DNA of 64,000 bases, taken from NCBI GenBank assembly GCA_000004985.1, contig GG738904.1; one strand, written 5' to 3'. This document shows, one piece after another, positions 22,837-34,238 of this stretch. The position numbers and the translations under genes are program-made. This DNA is from Naegleria gruberi. Its lineage: Eukaryota. The notes below the pieces were generated by a model that searched no databases, was not told the DNA's origin, and saw nothing but the letters and a program-made list of their open reading frames with translations. Position 1 is the stretch's first letter. The number at the start of each line of letters is the position of its first letter.

Positions 22837-25392
22837 ATGTTTAAATTTAGTCATCATCAAAATATTAACAACAGTTCGGATCAACATTTACCTAACCATA
22901 AAGCCGAGAATTTACTGTTATTATCAACAACAACAATACGAGATAAGAAAATGTCATCATCACATTCTACCACCACAACTACTACGCAATATGTACATCA
23001 AAACAAGCCAAAATTTAAATCAAGAAGGCTATTATCGGAATTGTCAGACACTTCTTCACAACTTTCTCGGACAATCACAACTCCAATCATATCTTTCCTT
23101 GTATTTGTATTAATCATTCTTATTTATTTAGATAATTCATCCTCTTCAACATATAACCTCTTCGTCCATGCCTCTACCTCACCAACAGCAACAATAAACA
23201 ATACTCAACAACAGCCTAATACTAATACTAATACAAATACAAATAATAATAATATAGGATCTTCATCATCATCAGCAACAATTGAACAACAATCAACGAC
23301 ATCTAGTACTCCAACAGCAACAGCACCTCCTCCTCCTCGACAACCCAAGATTAATGTTGGATTTAATTTTGCATCGGAAGAAGCAGGAGCCAAGATATTA
23401 TCATCAAATCGAGAGGCAAAAGTATGTTCTTTAAAGATTCGAATATATTGAATTAATTGATTTAGAAAGTTTCAAGGATATTGAATGAAGATAGTGATAA
23501 ATATTGTCTCATTCCAAGATCAGTTCCTAAAAAGTGGATTGTTGTGGAATTATCTGAGGAAATATTAATGAAAAGTATTGCCATTGCCAATTATGAATAT
23601 TATTCATGCTCTTTTAAACATTTTAAGGTTTATGCATCTGTGAAATATCCATGTAAGGAAAAATCAAATTGTTGGGAATTGTTGGGGACTTTTCAAGCAG
23701 CAAATAGTCGAAAAGTTCAACATTTTACATTTAAAAAACCATCCATTACAAGATATGTTAAATTGGAATTTTTATCACATTATGGAGAGAATGAATATTA
23801 TTGTACTTTGAGTTTGTTAAGAGTTCATGGATCTACTTTATTGGAAGATTTGAAAAAATCTCTTCAAAAATCCAGTAAGAAAAATTCAGAATCAACTCAA
23901 ATTACAAATGAACAAACACAATCTAATAATCATGGAAGTATTGAATATGATATTAAGAAGGAAGAGGCAAATTTGAATGAATTAATCAAGGAAAATACTG
24001 AACAGATAGCATCTATTCATAATTCAGATAAGGAGAATTCTAAAAGATTGGATCAATTGGAAGAATCATTTGGAAAATTATTGAATGATGACATTTCAAA
24101 TTTAATTAAGGAAAAGATTACAAACAGTCGTATGAATTCAAAAACTGAATTTTGGGCAATGTTGGTAAAGAAGAAATTTCAAAGTTTTGGATTTTGCAAT
24201 ATTGGACGTTTGAATGATGGGAATGATAGGATATCATTTATCATTGAACAGGAAAGGGATGTCATTAATTGTACATGTTTTAAGGTTTTGAAAAAGGATT
24301 TTATTGAAAGAGTTGGATTTTTAAAGAATAGTGATAAGGGATTTTCACTTTACAATAGAACATTACATTCCAATAATACTATGAATAGTCAAGATATGAA
24401 TACCATTTCAAATAAGAATAGGGAAATTTGGGGAGTTTGTCAATACAGAGTTACTTACTTTAGTTTGAAATGTATCACTAATGGAACACTCAAGTTTGAG
24501 AATATTCAACCAACGAAAAAGCCATCTGCTAAGGATTCTAAGAAGAAGCAAAAAGTAGTTGTTGATGATGAAACAGATGGTTTAGATGAAAAGACTCCTA
24601 TGAAGAGTACTCTTTCTCACTTATTGAATGAAAAGCAAAATATCCTCAAATCCTTATTTAATGCTAGTAAGTATTTCATGATTGAATTAGTTGTTGAGTA
24701 ACGTTTGTAAAAGTTAAAATTCATGGAGAGAATGAAAATATTTTGAAAAATCAAATCAAAGCGCTTGAAATGAAGAATGCCAAGACATTCCAATATATTC
24801 ATCAAATTTTGGAAAAGAATGGAGAAGATCACAAGCTCATTGCCAACAGTTTTATATCACTGACACAGAAGAATAGAGAGCAAATAATTAATGATATGGT
24901 ATGTTTCTTTGTTTGATAGGATAATTAATAATTATTTAGAAAATTGAAATAGAAAACAAACTAAAACAAAAGATTGATCAATTCAGTTCAAGTATGGATC
25001 AAAAGATTTTAAAATTGTCACAAGAAAATATTGAAAGAATGGCTACAATGAGACGTGAAATTTTGAATTATGGATTTATTGCAGTTTTTATTTTGCTCTT
25101 ACTCATTATATCAACGAGAACAGTGCCATACGATGACTCAAAGAGAGCAAGTGAGAAGGATTCTAGCTCTACTTCCACTGCTAATATTAAGCCTCACATA
25201 GAAATTAAGAAGGATGTACCAAAGAAAGTTGGAAATTCATCCTTACTAGGAATTCTATACTCATTTTTCTTCCAAGGAATTAGAGAGCCAGTTAGTCCAG
25301 AGCCCTCCTCTCCACAAAATTATTCTTCCTCATCAGATTCTTTCAGGAATCAATCTAGAAGATCAAAGAGAAAATCTAAAAATCAGGAATAA
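22837..25392 (+). CDS. SUN-domain protein of the SUCO/Slp1 type (N-terminal TM, luminal SUN domain, coiled coil, C-terminal TM); exons 22837-23421, 23466-24666, 24714-24898, 24940-25392
   Basis: The SUN signature spans intron 1: INVGFNFASEEAGAKILSSNREAK|KVSRILNEDSDKYCLIP...WIVVELSEEI...IANYEYYS..FKHFKVYASVKYP...WELLGTF.A.N.R..Q.F...RYVKLEFLSHYGENEYYCTLSLLRVHG. The donors are GTATGT (23422), GTAAGT (24667) and GTATGT (24899). The introns are 44, 47 and 41 nt, and all junctions are phase-consistent with the ORF-track frames (23481, 24994). The first ATG outside vatA is at 22837. The TM segments are IISFLVFVLIILIYL and YGFIAVFILLLLIIS. Confidence 0.75.
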
Positions 25393-26936
25393 ATCTAGGT
25401 ACTTGGACCTCCTCCTCTGTCTTGTTTTGGAGAGAAGCATATTCTTCAATTAAACTTGCAGCATTTTCCAAAGCTTCATCAAAGAGAGCTTCAGGCATGT
25501 ATTCAGTATAGTGGTGAGTGTAAATTTTCTTCTTGTAGAGCTTCTTAAATCTTGTATGCATGTCAGAGAAAACATTTCCAATACAGCAATTATTAGCCAA
25601 GCAAAGAAGAGAGTAAGGTTGATTGTGTGGTGCTACGTGACAAAGACCTACTTTGAATCCTTCTTGGTTCCAATATATCATATCCATTTCACCCTTCATT
25701 TTAGCAATGTTTCTGTTAATATCAGAGATATTTGCTTGTTGGCCTCTTAAAATCAAACCACATGATAAATATTTGTGATGGATTGGATCACATTTCAATA
25801 ATTGATAATCTCTGGAAAGAACATCCTTAAACATTTGATCCATTCTTCTTGGAGGAAGATGCACATCCTTTGGCATCACAAAAGGAGATAAACTGCTGAG
25901 TAAAAATTTCAACCTTGGATAAGGAACCAAATTCATGGTTATTTCGTTAAGATCGACGTTGAGAGAGCCTTCAAATCTCATTGAGCTGGTTAAATTGGTA
26001 AGCAAGGTGGCGGCGATATCGTTCATTTGGTCAAATGGTTTTGAATCTTCTTCTTTTGACAGGGTGCTGGTCACATCCTTTTTCTTTTCGAGTGAATTTA
26101 CAAATTTACACATGTCATATAGTGCTTGATTTTCAATAGGTAAAACACAATCCGAGTTTTCTGATAATTCATTGAGTGATAGTAAGGAGTTATAAGGTGA
26201 GGTGATAACGTCATCGTCTTTGGAAGGGAAAACACAAGCAGAAAATGTATAAATATCAGGAAATTCATCATGGAGGACTTGTGTAATAAAAGATCCCAAA
26301 CCAGAACCTGTACCACCTCCTAAACTATGAAGTAAAAAGAAACTCTGAATCGAATCACATTCTTCAACTTCCCATCTAATTTTCTCCAATATTTCCTCAT
26401 GATATTTAGGTCCATACACTTCATGACCATGTGCCCAATTGTTTCCTGAACCACTCACATCAGAAATAACTTGTCTATCTCTATTAAACAATCCTCCAAT
26501 ATCACTTTTAAATATTTGATTCACAACTCCTTCTTCCATGTCCACTAGTAATGCTCTTGCTTTAATATCTGGCATGCCGGCCCTTCTCGATTTCTGCTCC
26601 ATATCCCATTTGAAAAAGGTTGATAACGGTTCATCATACAAAATATCGGGATTTTGATTTTTCTTATTTTGAAACACTGCAGCATGTTCCCTCAATACTA
26701 AATCCCACATTCTTCCTCCGATTTGATTACCACATTGTCCCACTTGAATTGTTCTTTTTATTATTGTTTGTTAAAATTAATATTAATATTATATAATATT
26801 GCCGATCGTTTTTGTTCATCATCAAAAGTTGTATTTTCCCAACATATAACAATAAGGCATGGTAATAAAATTTGATTTTGCGTGTTTAAAAATACAAAGC
26901 CTTGCAATAAAAAACATACACTATTTCTCGAGGCAT
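25376..26936 (-). CDS. tubE: Epsilon-tubulin; exons 26936-26920 (MPREIV) and 26753-25376; 166-nt intron
   Basis: MPREIV|TIQVGQCGNQIGGRMWDLVLREHAAV compares with human TUBE1 MTQSVVVQVGQCGNQIGCCFWDLALREHAAV. Further matches are ARALLVDMEEGVVNQIF, ISGSGNNWAHGH, LGGGTGSGLGSF, SPYNSLLSLNELSENSDCVLPIENQAL, LVPYPRLKFLLSSLSPF and ALANNCCI. The ORF-track start is GTG with an in-frame TAA 9 codons upstream. The upstream ATG (complement of 26934-26936) and GTATGT donor (complement of 26914-26919) restore the canonical tubulin N-terminus. Exon-1 coordinates are approximate. Confidence 0.85.
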
Positions 26937-27273
26937 TTTTTTCAAGTATTTAGTAATGGTATTTTTGTAATTTCAAGAATAATATAAATTATTGAATTAA
27001 ATAGTGTAATTGAGTTTACAAAATACTTTAAAGGTGTAACTAAGGTTAAGGAAAAAACAACTTGGAAAAAAATAACAGTCCAATGTTGATAGTAACAAAG
27101 AGTTTGGAATGGATGAAGCAAGATAACAAAGATACATTGTTTAATGGTTTCAGGAAAGAAACAACAGATTCACTCTGCTTACATGGAATGGAAATGCTTT
27201 TTCCTTTTTCAATAGAGATTCCGAATTTAGTAAGTTTAAATAGTTTAATAGTATTTACAAAATATTGAAAAGT

Positions 27274-28959
27274 TTAAAATCTGACAATATCATACTTTGC
27301 ACTACATTCCTTTTGTTTTTCTTTGGAAATGAGAGGACACTTTTCCAACCATAAAACTTGTAATTCAAGTTTGGAGTTTACAATTGTATCAATGGTCTTA
27401 TTTGTGAGGCGTGCATTTCCACTTAGGAATAGTCTGGTGAGTTGAGGTTGTTGTTCAATGAGTTTTTGAATGGCATCATCTGTAAAATCATTTCCAATAA
27501 CTCTGAATGCTTGTAAACATGGAATTTGTTCTTGAGATAATTTAGTTTCCAATATAAATTCATCAGTCAAGTTACATTTCTCAAGAGTGAGATAGGTAAT
27601 CTCACATGGATGAGCAATAATCCTTTTGGCTTCTTGATTTCCAATTGGGTTGGCACTCAAATTGAGGAAATCCAATTTTTTAGGTAAATGTTCTAATAAC
27701 CAATCAATGTTGGTAATTTTGTTATCTTCCAATTTGATTAATTTCAAGTTTTCATATCTACTTGGATCTATGGTAATATAATTATCATCTCCAACGTTTG
27801 GGAATGTTATGGCATTGGATACAAGTTGAAGTTTGTGAAGTTTAGAACAATTTTCTAAAATATAACTAAATCCATCAAAGGTTATTCCACACTGATTCAA
27901 TTTCAAAATCTTGACAGTTTTACATATTGATTTGACAAGTGTCTTGACACCAACATCTGAAAGGTTTGAACAATAATTGAAATCAACAGTTTCCAAATTA
28001 TCAAATTGGAAATTTTTTAAATTTTGTAAAGCAGTTCCAACCATCAAATTCTTGCTCATTTCCAAGTATTTAAGCTGATTCAACAATTGAGCATTGTTTG
28101 GATGGAATAGTGACTTTAGTCCTTGGCTTCTTATTGAACACGCTGACAATTTCAAAGTTTCCAAATTTGGGCAATTAGTTTTAGACAAGGCATTAGCTCC
28201 AACGTCAGTCAATTTGTAACACTTATCAAAACATAATTCTTTACAGTTCAGATAAGCAAATTTAAATGATTCTTTTGTAATATTTTGATTTTCCAGATAG
28301 AGAATAACCAATTTAGGAAACTTGAATAAATTACATAATTGATGTTCATCAGAAAATCCATAAATTGATGATAATACTATTTGTCTCAATTCTGAATCCT
28401 CATAAACAATTCCATCAAAATTAAAATCAACTAAATTTTGAGTTTGGAATCCAGTAGATACATATAAAAATCTTAATTTAGGTAAAGTATTAAATAAAAT
28501 CTTGAAGGAAGTGTCATAGACAGTGTTCAACTTTAAAAATCTCAAAGATTTACAATGAGATAATGATTCACACATATTAGAATTGAAGTGTTTTTGACTT
28601 CCTGTATAAACAAATCTCTTCAATTGTTGATTCTTCTCAAGGGCCAAACAATTTTCATCCCGAATCTGAAATTGTTCAATTTTAATTCCAGTCGCTAATT
28701 TAAATATCGAATTGATTAAATAATTATCAATTTCCAACTTGGATTTAATATGAAAATGTTTATACAAAAAATAAATTAATCTATTAGAATCCCAATTTTT
28801 ATATCCGAAAAGAATATGTAGTAAATTAGCATTTGATTGTAAAGTTTCGAATTGTTTCTTTTTTAATGTGAGAAAGGAATAAATTTCCAGAATGACATCC
28901 ATTGGAAGAATGGAATAATCGGCTTCCTCCGATTCACCGTGTTCTTGATGTGATTGCAT
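27274..28959 (-). CDS. F-box/LRR-repeat protein (FBXL-type, 561 aa)
   Basis: The N-terminal F-box-like segment is ILPMDVILEIYSFLTLKK. Multiple Cys-containing LRRs follow: CPNLETLKLSACSIRSQGLKSL; CSNLSDVGVKTLVKSICKTVKILKLNQCGITFDGFSYILENCSKLHKLQL; LTLEKCNLTDEFI. Confidence 0.7.
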   Translation of the reverse strand: MQSHQEHGESEEADYSILPMDVILEIYSFLTLKKKQFETLQSNANLLHILFGYKNWDSNRLIYFLYKHFHIKSKLEIDNYLINSIFKLATGIKIEQFQIRDENCLALEKNQQLKRFVYTGSQKHFNSNMCESLSHCKSLRFLKLNTVYDTSFKILFNTLPKLRFLYVSTGFQTQNLVDFNFDGIVYEDSELRQIVLSSIYGFSDEHQLCNLFKFPKLVILYLENQNITKESFKFAYLNCKELCFDKCYKLTDVGANALSKTNCPNLETLKLSACSIRSQGLKSLFHPNNAQLLNQLKYLEMSKNLMVGTALQNLKNFQFDNLETVDFNYCSNLSDVGVKTLVKSICKTVKILKLNQCGITFDGFSYILENCSKLHKLQLVSNAITFPNVGDDNYITIDPSRYENLKLIKLEDNKITNIDWLLEHLPKKLDFLNLSANPIGNQEAKRIIAHPCEITYLTLEKCNLTDEFILETKLSQEQIPCLQAFRVIGNDFTDDAIQKLIEQQPQLTRLFLSGNARLTNKTIDTIVNSKLELQVLWLEKCPLISKEKQKECSAKYDIVRF

Positions 28960-29321
28960 TTTTTTTGTTTTTTTTAAAAATTCAAAATTATTTTAAATTT
29001 TTATTGCATTTTAAACTTGAAAATCTCAATTTCAAGATTGTTAAAGTTATTTTTAGACAATTTTTAATACATGATTAGTACAAAACATCAAGATGGATTA
29101 GGTTTTGAAGAGTTTGAATTCAATATAAGTTTACAAAATCTGTGTCAACCTCCAATGTGAATCAATTCATACCCCTCATAGTATTTATGCAGAGGTTCAC
29201 ATATTTTCAAGATCCAACGAACAATCGTTAAAAAACTTGTTAATTTTCTGAGTCAGGAATGAGAAATAATTGTGACAAGTAATCACGTTTCTTGTGTTGT
29301 TGCATCGCACAAATTTAAAAA

Positions 29322-29995
29322 ATGAGCAAACGAAAAAGACAAGATTTTGAAAATCATCAATTAATTAATTCGGTGAAGGAAATATTCACTAACAATAGTT
29401 TGGAAGAGAAATCAAAAAAGAGTGGGAAATTCCAACAAGAAATATTTTCAGATGATGTTTGTTTTGAAATAATTTCCATGCTCGATGATTCGTGGTTTAT
29501 TTTGAATAATTGTTCCTTGATTTCAAAACAATTCTTTAATGTGATCAAGGAACGCAATTTAAAAAAAAAATTACAGAGAAACGAGTTGAATTATTCATGA
29601 AAAGTCAGTTTAGGAATAGAATTATTAATCTTAAAGTTTTTAGATATTTGCTTGACTCTTTTGAAAAACTCAAATTCATTAGTGATATGAAACGATTAAC
29701 GTCACTTGATATTTCTTTCAATCAAATTGGTGTACAAGGGGTCAAATTCATTAGTGAAATGAAACAATTAACATCACTTGATATTTCTTTCAATCAAGCT
29801 AGTGATGAAGGTGCTAAATACATAAGTGAAATGAAACAATTAACATCACTTAATATTACTAATAATGAAATTGGTGATGAAGGAGCTAAATACATTAGTG
29901 AAATGAAACAATTAATATCACTTATTATATCTAGGAATCAAATTGGTGATGAAGGTGCTAAGTACATTAGTGAAATGACACCACTAGGAAAATAA
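29322..29995 (+). CDS. Small F-box + RNI-like LRR protein; two ORF-track pieces (29322-29600, 29597-29995) are probably one CDS interrupted by a frameshift at an A10 tract (29561-29570)
   Basis: The F-box-like segment is DDVCFEIISMLDDSWFILNNCSLISKQFFNVI. Downstream there are four or more 24-aa repeats (MKQLTSLDISFNQ.SDEGAKYISE) from the same 72-bp repeat family as 12000-12560. Reading through the A10 run with a 1-nt shift gives a continuous ...ERNLKKK(K)ITEKRVELFMKSQFRN... It is head-to-head with the 27274-28959 F-box/LRR gene. Confidence 0.5.
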
Positions 29996-30279
29996 GCTGC
30001 GTTGGGTATTGGAAAACAAAAAAACACATTGATAAACCAAGTGGGTGGTAAATATCTGCTCCTATTCTTCATCCAAAAGGTGTGCACCATTTTCGTCGAT
30101 GTGAAATGGATGTTAAAGTCGTAAATGGTGACACAAGACCCAAAATTACAAATGGATATTACGAATGCTTGAAACGTTTGACGAATTCTTTCAGCATCAA
30201 GTATTCGAAAGGAAGTCAGTGTATTCAATATTAAATACAACATTCAAAAAGAAATTGCAATCCCAAACTACACTACAAT

Positions 30280-31601
30280 ATGAAAACAAGCTTTTTTGCT
30301 ATTGTATTGGCGATGATTTTGCTTTGTGTCATGGTTCTAACCACACATGCAACAACACTTACCACTCAACATGTTGAGATGGCAAACAACATTCAAAAAT
30401 TTGAATCTACAAAGAGAAAGATGGATGATACATGTACATGTGTTGATTGTAGGAGTCATGAATTTGTTAATGGTGTATTTGTGAAAGCTGTTTCTTGTTC
30501 AGATAGTAAATCCCCAGTAATTGGTTCCATCAAAATGGAAATAGATGGTTTTCTTTTTGATGAAACCTTTTCGTATTACATTATTGATAATGTTGATGAC
30601 TTGTTCATGTTCAAGGCAGGCAAACAGTTTGCCTATGACATTATCAAAAGTAGACCAATAGTCAAAACTGTTCTCAAGATACAACAATTTCAAGATATGA
30701 TAATACACACACTGTTTATGTTGTTGCAAAAGCTAACGACATGGACTTTGCTGTTTTGTTACATGAAATAGAGGGTTATTGCACATCAAGGGCCGCCAAT
30801 GATGTAGCCTATGATCTCTCTGAACCAAATCCTAAATATTACTATGGGACTAGTGTCAGAGTAGATATTACATTTGTTAATCTACAATATTCAACTGTAG
30901 ATTTCTACCTTCAAGGTACAATTAGTGTTCAAAATGCCAAAACACCACAACCAACAGCTGTTGTAAGGGATGGAGTTGGTAGACTTATTGTGAATCTCAA
31001 TGAAGAAGAATTTACTAATGGTAATGAACTTTTACTTGAATTCACACCACGTAGTTTCTTCAATGATCAAAAGATTAGAAACATTCGAATCAAAATTCCT
31101 GTTGTTAAAAAGGCATCTAAGGGAGAATTACTTATTCACAATAATCAATTGATTTATTCTGGCAAAGAATTCACATTGTATTTCAAATTATTTGATAGTG
31201 ATAACAAACCAACACCAGTTATTGATATTCCACTCCTTTCCATTTCATCTGCAAATCCTAACGACAAGTTATATTGTCAATTGACAAACTATATTAACGG
31301 TTATGGTTTTGCAACATGTGCTAATATTGATACAAGTGGTCAACATTCACTTGTTTTAAAGTATAATAATGTGGTATTGGACGAATATGAAATTACTGTA
31401 GAAGAGAATCCATATCAATTTGTCAATGAAGCCATTGTCTTGCTATTGGTCATTTTGGTTATTGTCTCATTGTTGATTCTCTGTGTTGGAATAGTTTCTT
31501 TCGTATTCTTCTATAAGAAACTTAATAAGCAAAATGGAATGAATACAAGACCTGGTCGTGTGAATAGAGAAGAAGATGCTGAAGAATTGGATAATTTGTA
31601 A
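30280..31601 (+). CDS. Type I membrane protein (signal peptide, large extracellular region, one C-terminal TM, short basic tail); two overlapping ORFs (30280-30771, 30741-31601) probably joined by a 1-nt frameshift near 30695-30705
   Basis: The signal peptide is MKTSFFAIVLAMILLCVMVLTTHA. The TM is AIVLLLVILVIVSLLILCVGIVSFVFFY, followed by KKLNKQNG... Both frames are open across 30654-30771. The upstream frame degenerates into hydrophobic nonsense (TLFMLLQKLTTWTLLFCYMK*), while the downstream frame reads as natural sequence (THTVYVVAKANDMDFAVLLHEIEGYC). No splice signals are present. Confidence 0.45.
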
Positions 31602-31630
31602 ACTCTATTCTCAAATGTGTTTTAATAAAT

Positions 31631-32293
31631 TTATTTTCTGTAAGCAGCACAAACACCACTTGTACACAAATTTTCACAATTTTGTGGCGCATCAATTAGT
31701 GATCTATCGAATGGTTTCGTATTATAAGTTTCAACCTTAAAATCCCATTGTTTCAAAATATGTTTAGGTCCCCACAATTCATTAAATCTTATTGGAATTC
31801 TAATCTTATCACTATTAGTACAATAATAATGATTCAAATATTGACCTTGTTTCGTCCAATGTTGAACTTGATATCCTAACAAATTTTCAACACCAACAAA
31901 TGTTGAATTCTTTTCCATCCAATTTCCCTTCACTGCTCCAAATTGATTTTCACATTTACAACAGAAATTAACTTTTGGAAATTGTAAATAAGACCAACCA
32001 TTAGTAGCAAATATAACATTACACTGTTGATCACTTCCATATGGTAATCCAGTACACATTTCATCATATTGTGGTGGAAAATGTTCATATCTTTCAGCAT
32101 TTAAATCGGAATCATGATAATAAGCAAATAACCAATTAGTAATTGGGTCAGGATTTGTTAAATTAACTAAAACTCGGAATGTTGAAACTCCTCCCCATAA
32201 TGGTGGTAATGGTATTGTTGCAGAAGCAAGAGAAACAATATTCAATGTAATGATGAAACTACACAATAATAGTAGGACTAGAGATTTCGACAT
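31631..32293 (-). CDS. Secreted cysteine-containing protein, 220 aa, unknown function (weak ependymin-related resemblance)
   Basis: N-terminal signal peptide MSKSLVLLLLCSFIITLNIVSLASA, then 10 cysteines and no TM. The W-G-G/...L.AYYHD pattern is only loosely EPDR-like. Confidence 0.5.
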   Translation of the reverse strand: MSKSLVLLLLCSFIITLNIVSLASATIPLPPLWGGVSTFRVLVNLTNPDPITNWLFAYYHDSDLNAERYEHFPPQYDEMCTGLPYGSDQQCNVIFATNGWSYLQFPKVNFCCKCENQFGAVKGNWMEKNSTFVGVENLLGYQVQHWTKQGQYLNHYYCTNSDKIRIPIRFNELWGPKHILKQWDFKVETYNTKPFDRSLIDAPQNCENLCTSGVCAAYRK

Positions 32294-32472
32294 TTTTTTA
32301 GGAGTTTAATTGAACTAACTCCGCGTTCAATCAATTTCGTAATCTCATTAATAACACAGTAGACCATAAATTATTTACACATTAACTTTGTTAATTTTTG
32401 TTCAATCTCTTAGAAACGCTGAAATATTTAACCTTTTACCTTCCAATTATTTGATTATCAACCAAATAAGAA

Positions 32473-32990
32473 TTAAGGTTTATTGAAAGTGTTAGAGTTG
32501 TTTGTCTGGGTTATAGTTGTGGTATTAAGTATATTCATAACATTATTAATGTTTGATTGATAAATTTTTGTAATGTTTGATAATAAACTTGGTGTGTTCC
32601 TATTTTGATAAATGATATATTTGAGCAATTGGATCAATCCAGGTAAGAAGTATGCTTTGTAGATTGGTTCAACATTTTCAGTATCATTAACTAATTTTTC
32701 AAAATATCTGATCACACTGTTGCCATATTCTTTGAAAGTTTGAGATGAATTAATAATTCTTGAAATTCTTGAAAATCTTCAACTATGATTCTTCTAACAA
32801 GTTTTGCAATAAAAATAGCCATTGCATAATTATCTTGCACTATGCCAAGTGTATGGAAATTTAAATGCATCAGGACGTGTTATGGTTTTTCTTTCTTCAT
32901 TGTCTGAAGAGCCCTGTAATTGAAATGCTGTATTAAATCGGATATTACTAAATCACAAACCAACCCATCAGCCATGTTACATTCTTTGAG
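32473..32990 (-). CDS. Hypothetical protein, fragmented across two frames (ORF 32473-32715 plus an upstream open frame MHLNFHTLGIVQDNYAMAIFIAKLVRRIIVEDFQEFQELLIHLKLSKNMATV ending at about 32716)
   Basis: Two adjacent open frames on the reverse strand abut at 32715/32716. There are no recognisable domains. This is either a frameshifted gene or non-coding. Confidence 0.2.
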
Positions 32991-33174
32991 AATGAATTGA
33001 CCAATTATGTCACCACCATTGCTTTTTCTTGTTAGAATATTGTCAATTTAATTATCGAAATGTAATATATTCAATTTTAAATGTAATTGTTGTAAAATTG
33101 TTAAACATTGACCTATCCATCTAATAGTGATGAGTAATTTAATCTTTGGTGTGTTTGGGGTCAATATTTTAATA

Positions 33175-34238
33175 TTATTTAGTTCTCGTTGACAGATTCT
33201 TAGATTCAAGAGGTTCACCTGCGTTAAATTGTATGTTATTGACATGATCGAATGTATGTTGTAAAATCATCAAAGACTTTGATAAACCTTGAACTGTGGT
33301 CAAGTCATAAATATCAGAAACTTTCAAAGCATATGTAAAAGGGGGAAGAGACTGACCATTTACAAGATCAAATTCGTTGTGGAATTTCAATCTCATTTCT
33401 AACCACACTATTGTAGTACCTGCAACTAAAGAACCAAACACACGAATCTTCTCCATATTATCACATGTTAGCAATTGATTGGTGGATAATCTTTCAATCC
33501 AGTTTTTAAATATACATCTCATGTATAGTACTAGATTACACACATCCTTGTGGAGAAAAACATCTTCGTTTTCTAATTCATATCTCTGAACCTCACATAG
33601 AAGGAATGTTTCAAAAGTACAACCATCACCAAAAACATTCTTGTGGGAAAGGAAAAAGTCAGGGAATAAATCTTGGTTGTTCTCAAGTTTGGTATGCTTC
33701 GTCAACCATGCAGCTCTTTTTGTCAAAGATTCAGATAGGTAGTATTCGTTGGAAACGAAAAGGGAGATAGTTTGTTATTGTATTGATTGGACTTGGTGAA
33801 AGACCTTAAAAAAGAAACTTCACTTTTTTGATTTTGCTCAGCCTCAAATATACTTTCAAGTAGTTCACCTTCTTTTAACTTTTCTTCTGTTTTTTGAAAT
33901 TCAAACACATCCTGAAAGTGAGTTTTAAATAATAGTAAATAACAGGATCTGTGCATGTAACTTACTTGATCCAGTTCCACCAAAAGTTGTGAAAAGAAGA
34001 GTTGTTGAATTTCGTCCAAGTCCCAACGATTGAAACTTGCATTTAAAACTTTCACCTTATGTTGTAAAGTTGAAAGTTCACCAAATGTTTCCTCTGTTTT
34101 CATATCAATATCAAGTGGTGTGAGTTCAGAATAATAATCTACATATTTCTTAGCCTTTCTAGGATTCTCCACTTGTTCATCACCTCTTTTCCTCTTTTTG
34201 AAGTTAATGAAACGAATGATTGCTAATTCTTCTGACAA
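33175..34238 (-). CDS. Hypothetical nuclear protein (about 354 aa) with a basic NLS-like N-terminus (FKKRKRGDEQVENPRKAKK); two ORFs (33723-34238, 33175-33726) joined by an apparent 1-nt frameshift at about 33725-33760
   Basis: Both frames are open across the junction (…PFSFPTNTTYLNL* versus LFVSNEYYLSESLTKRAAWLTKH…). The ATG is at 34238. No confident domain assignment. Confidence 0.45.

Noticed and set aside
27062-27268. 68-aa plus-strand ORF between epsilon-tubulin and the F-box/LRR gene
   Set aside because: It is short, has no homology, and lies in a probable 3' UTR or intergenic region.
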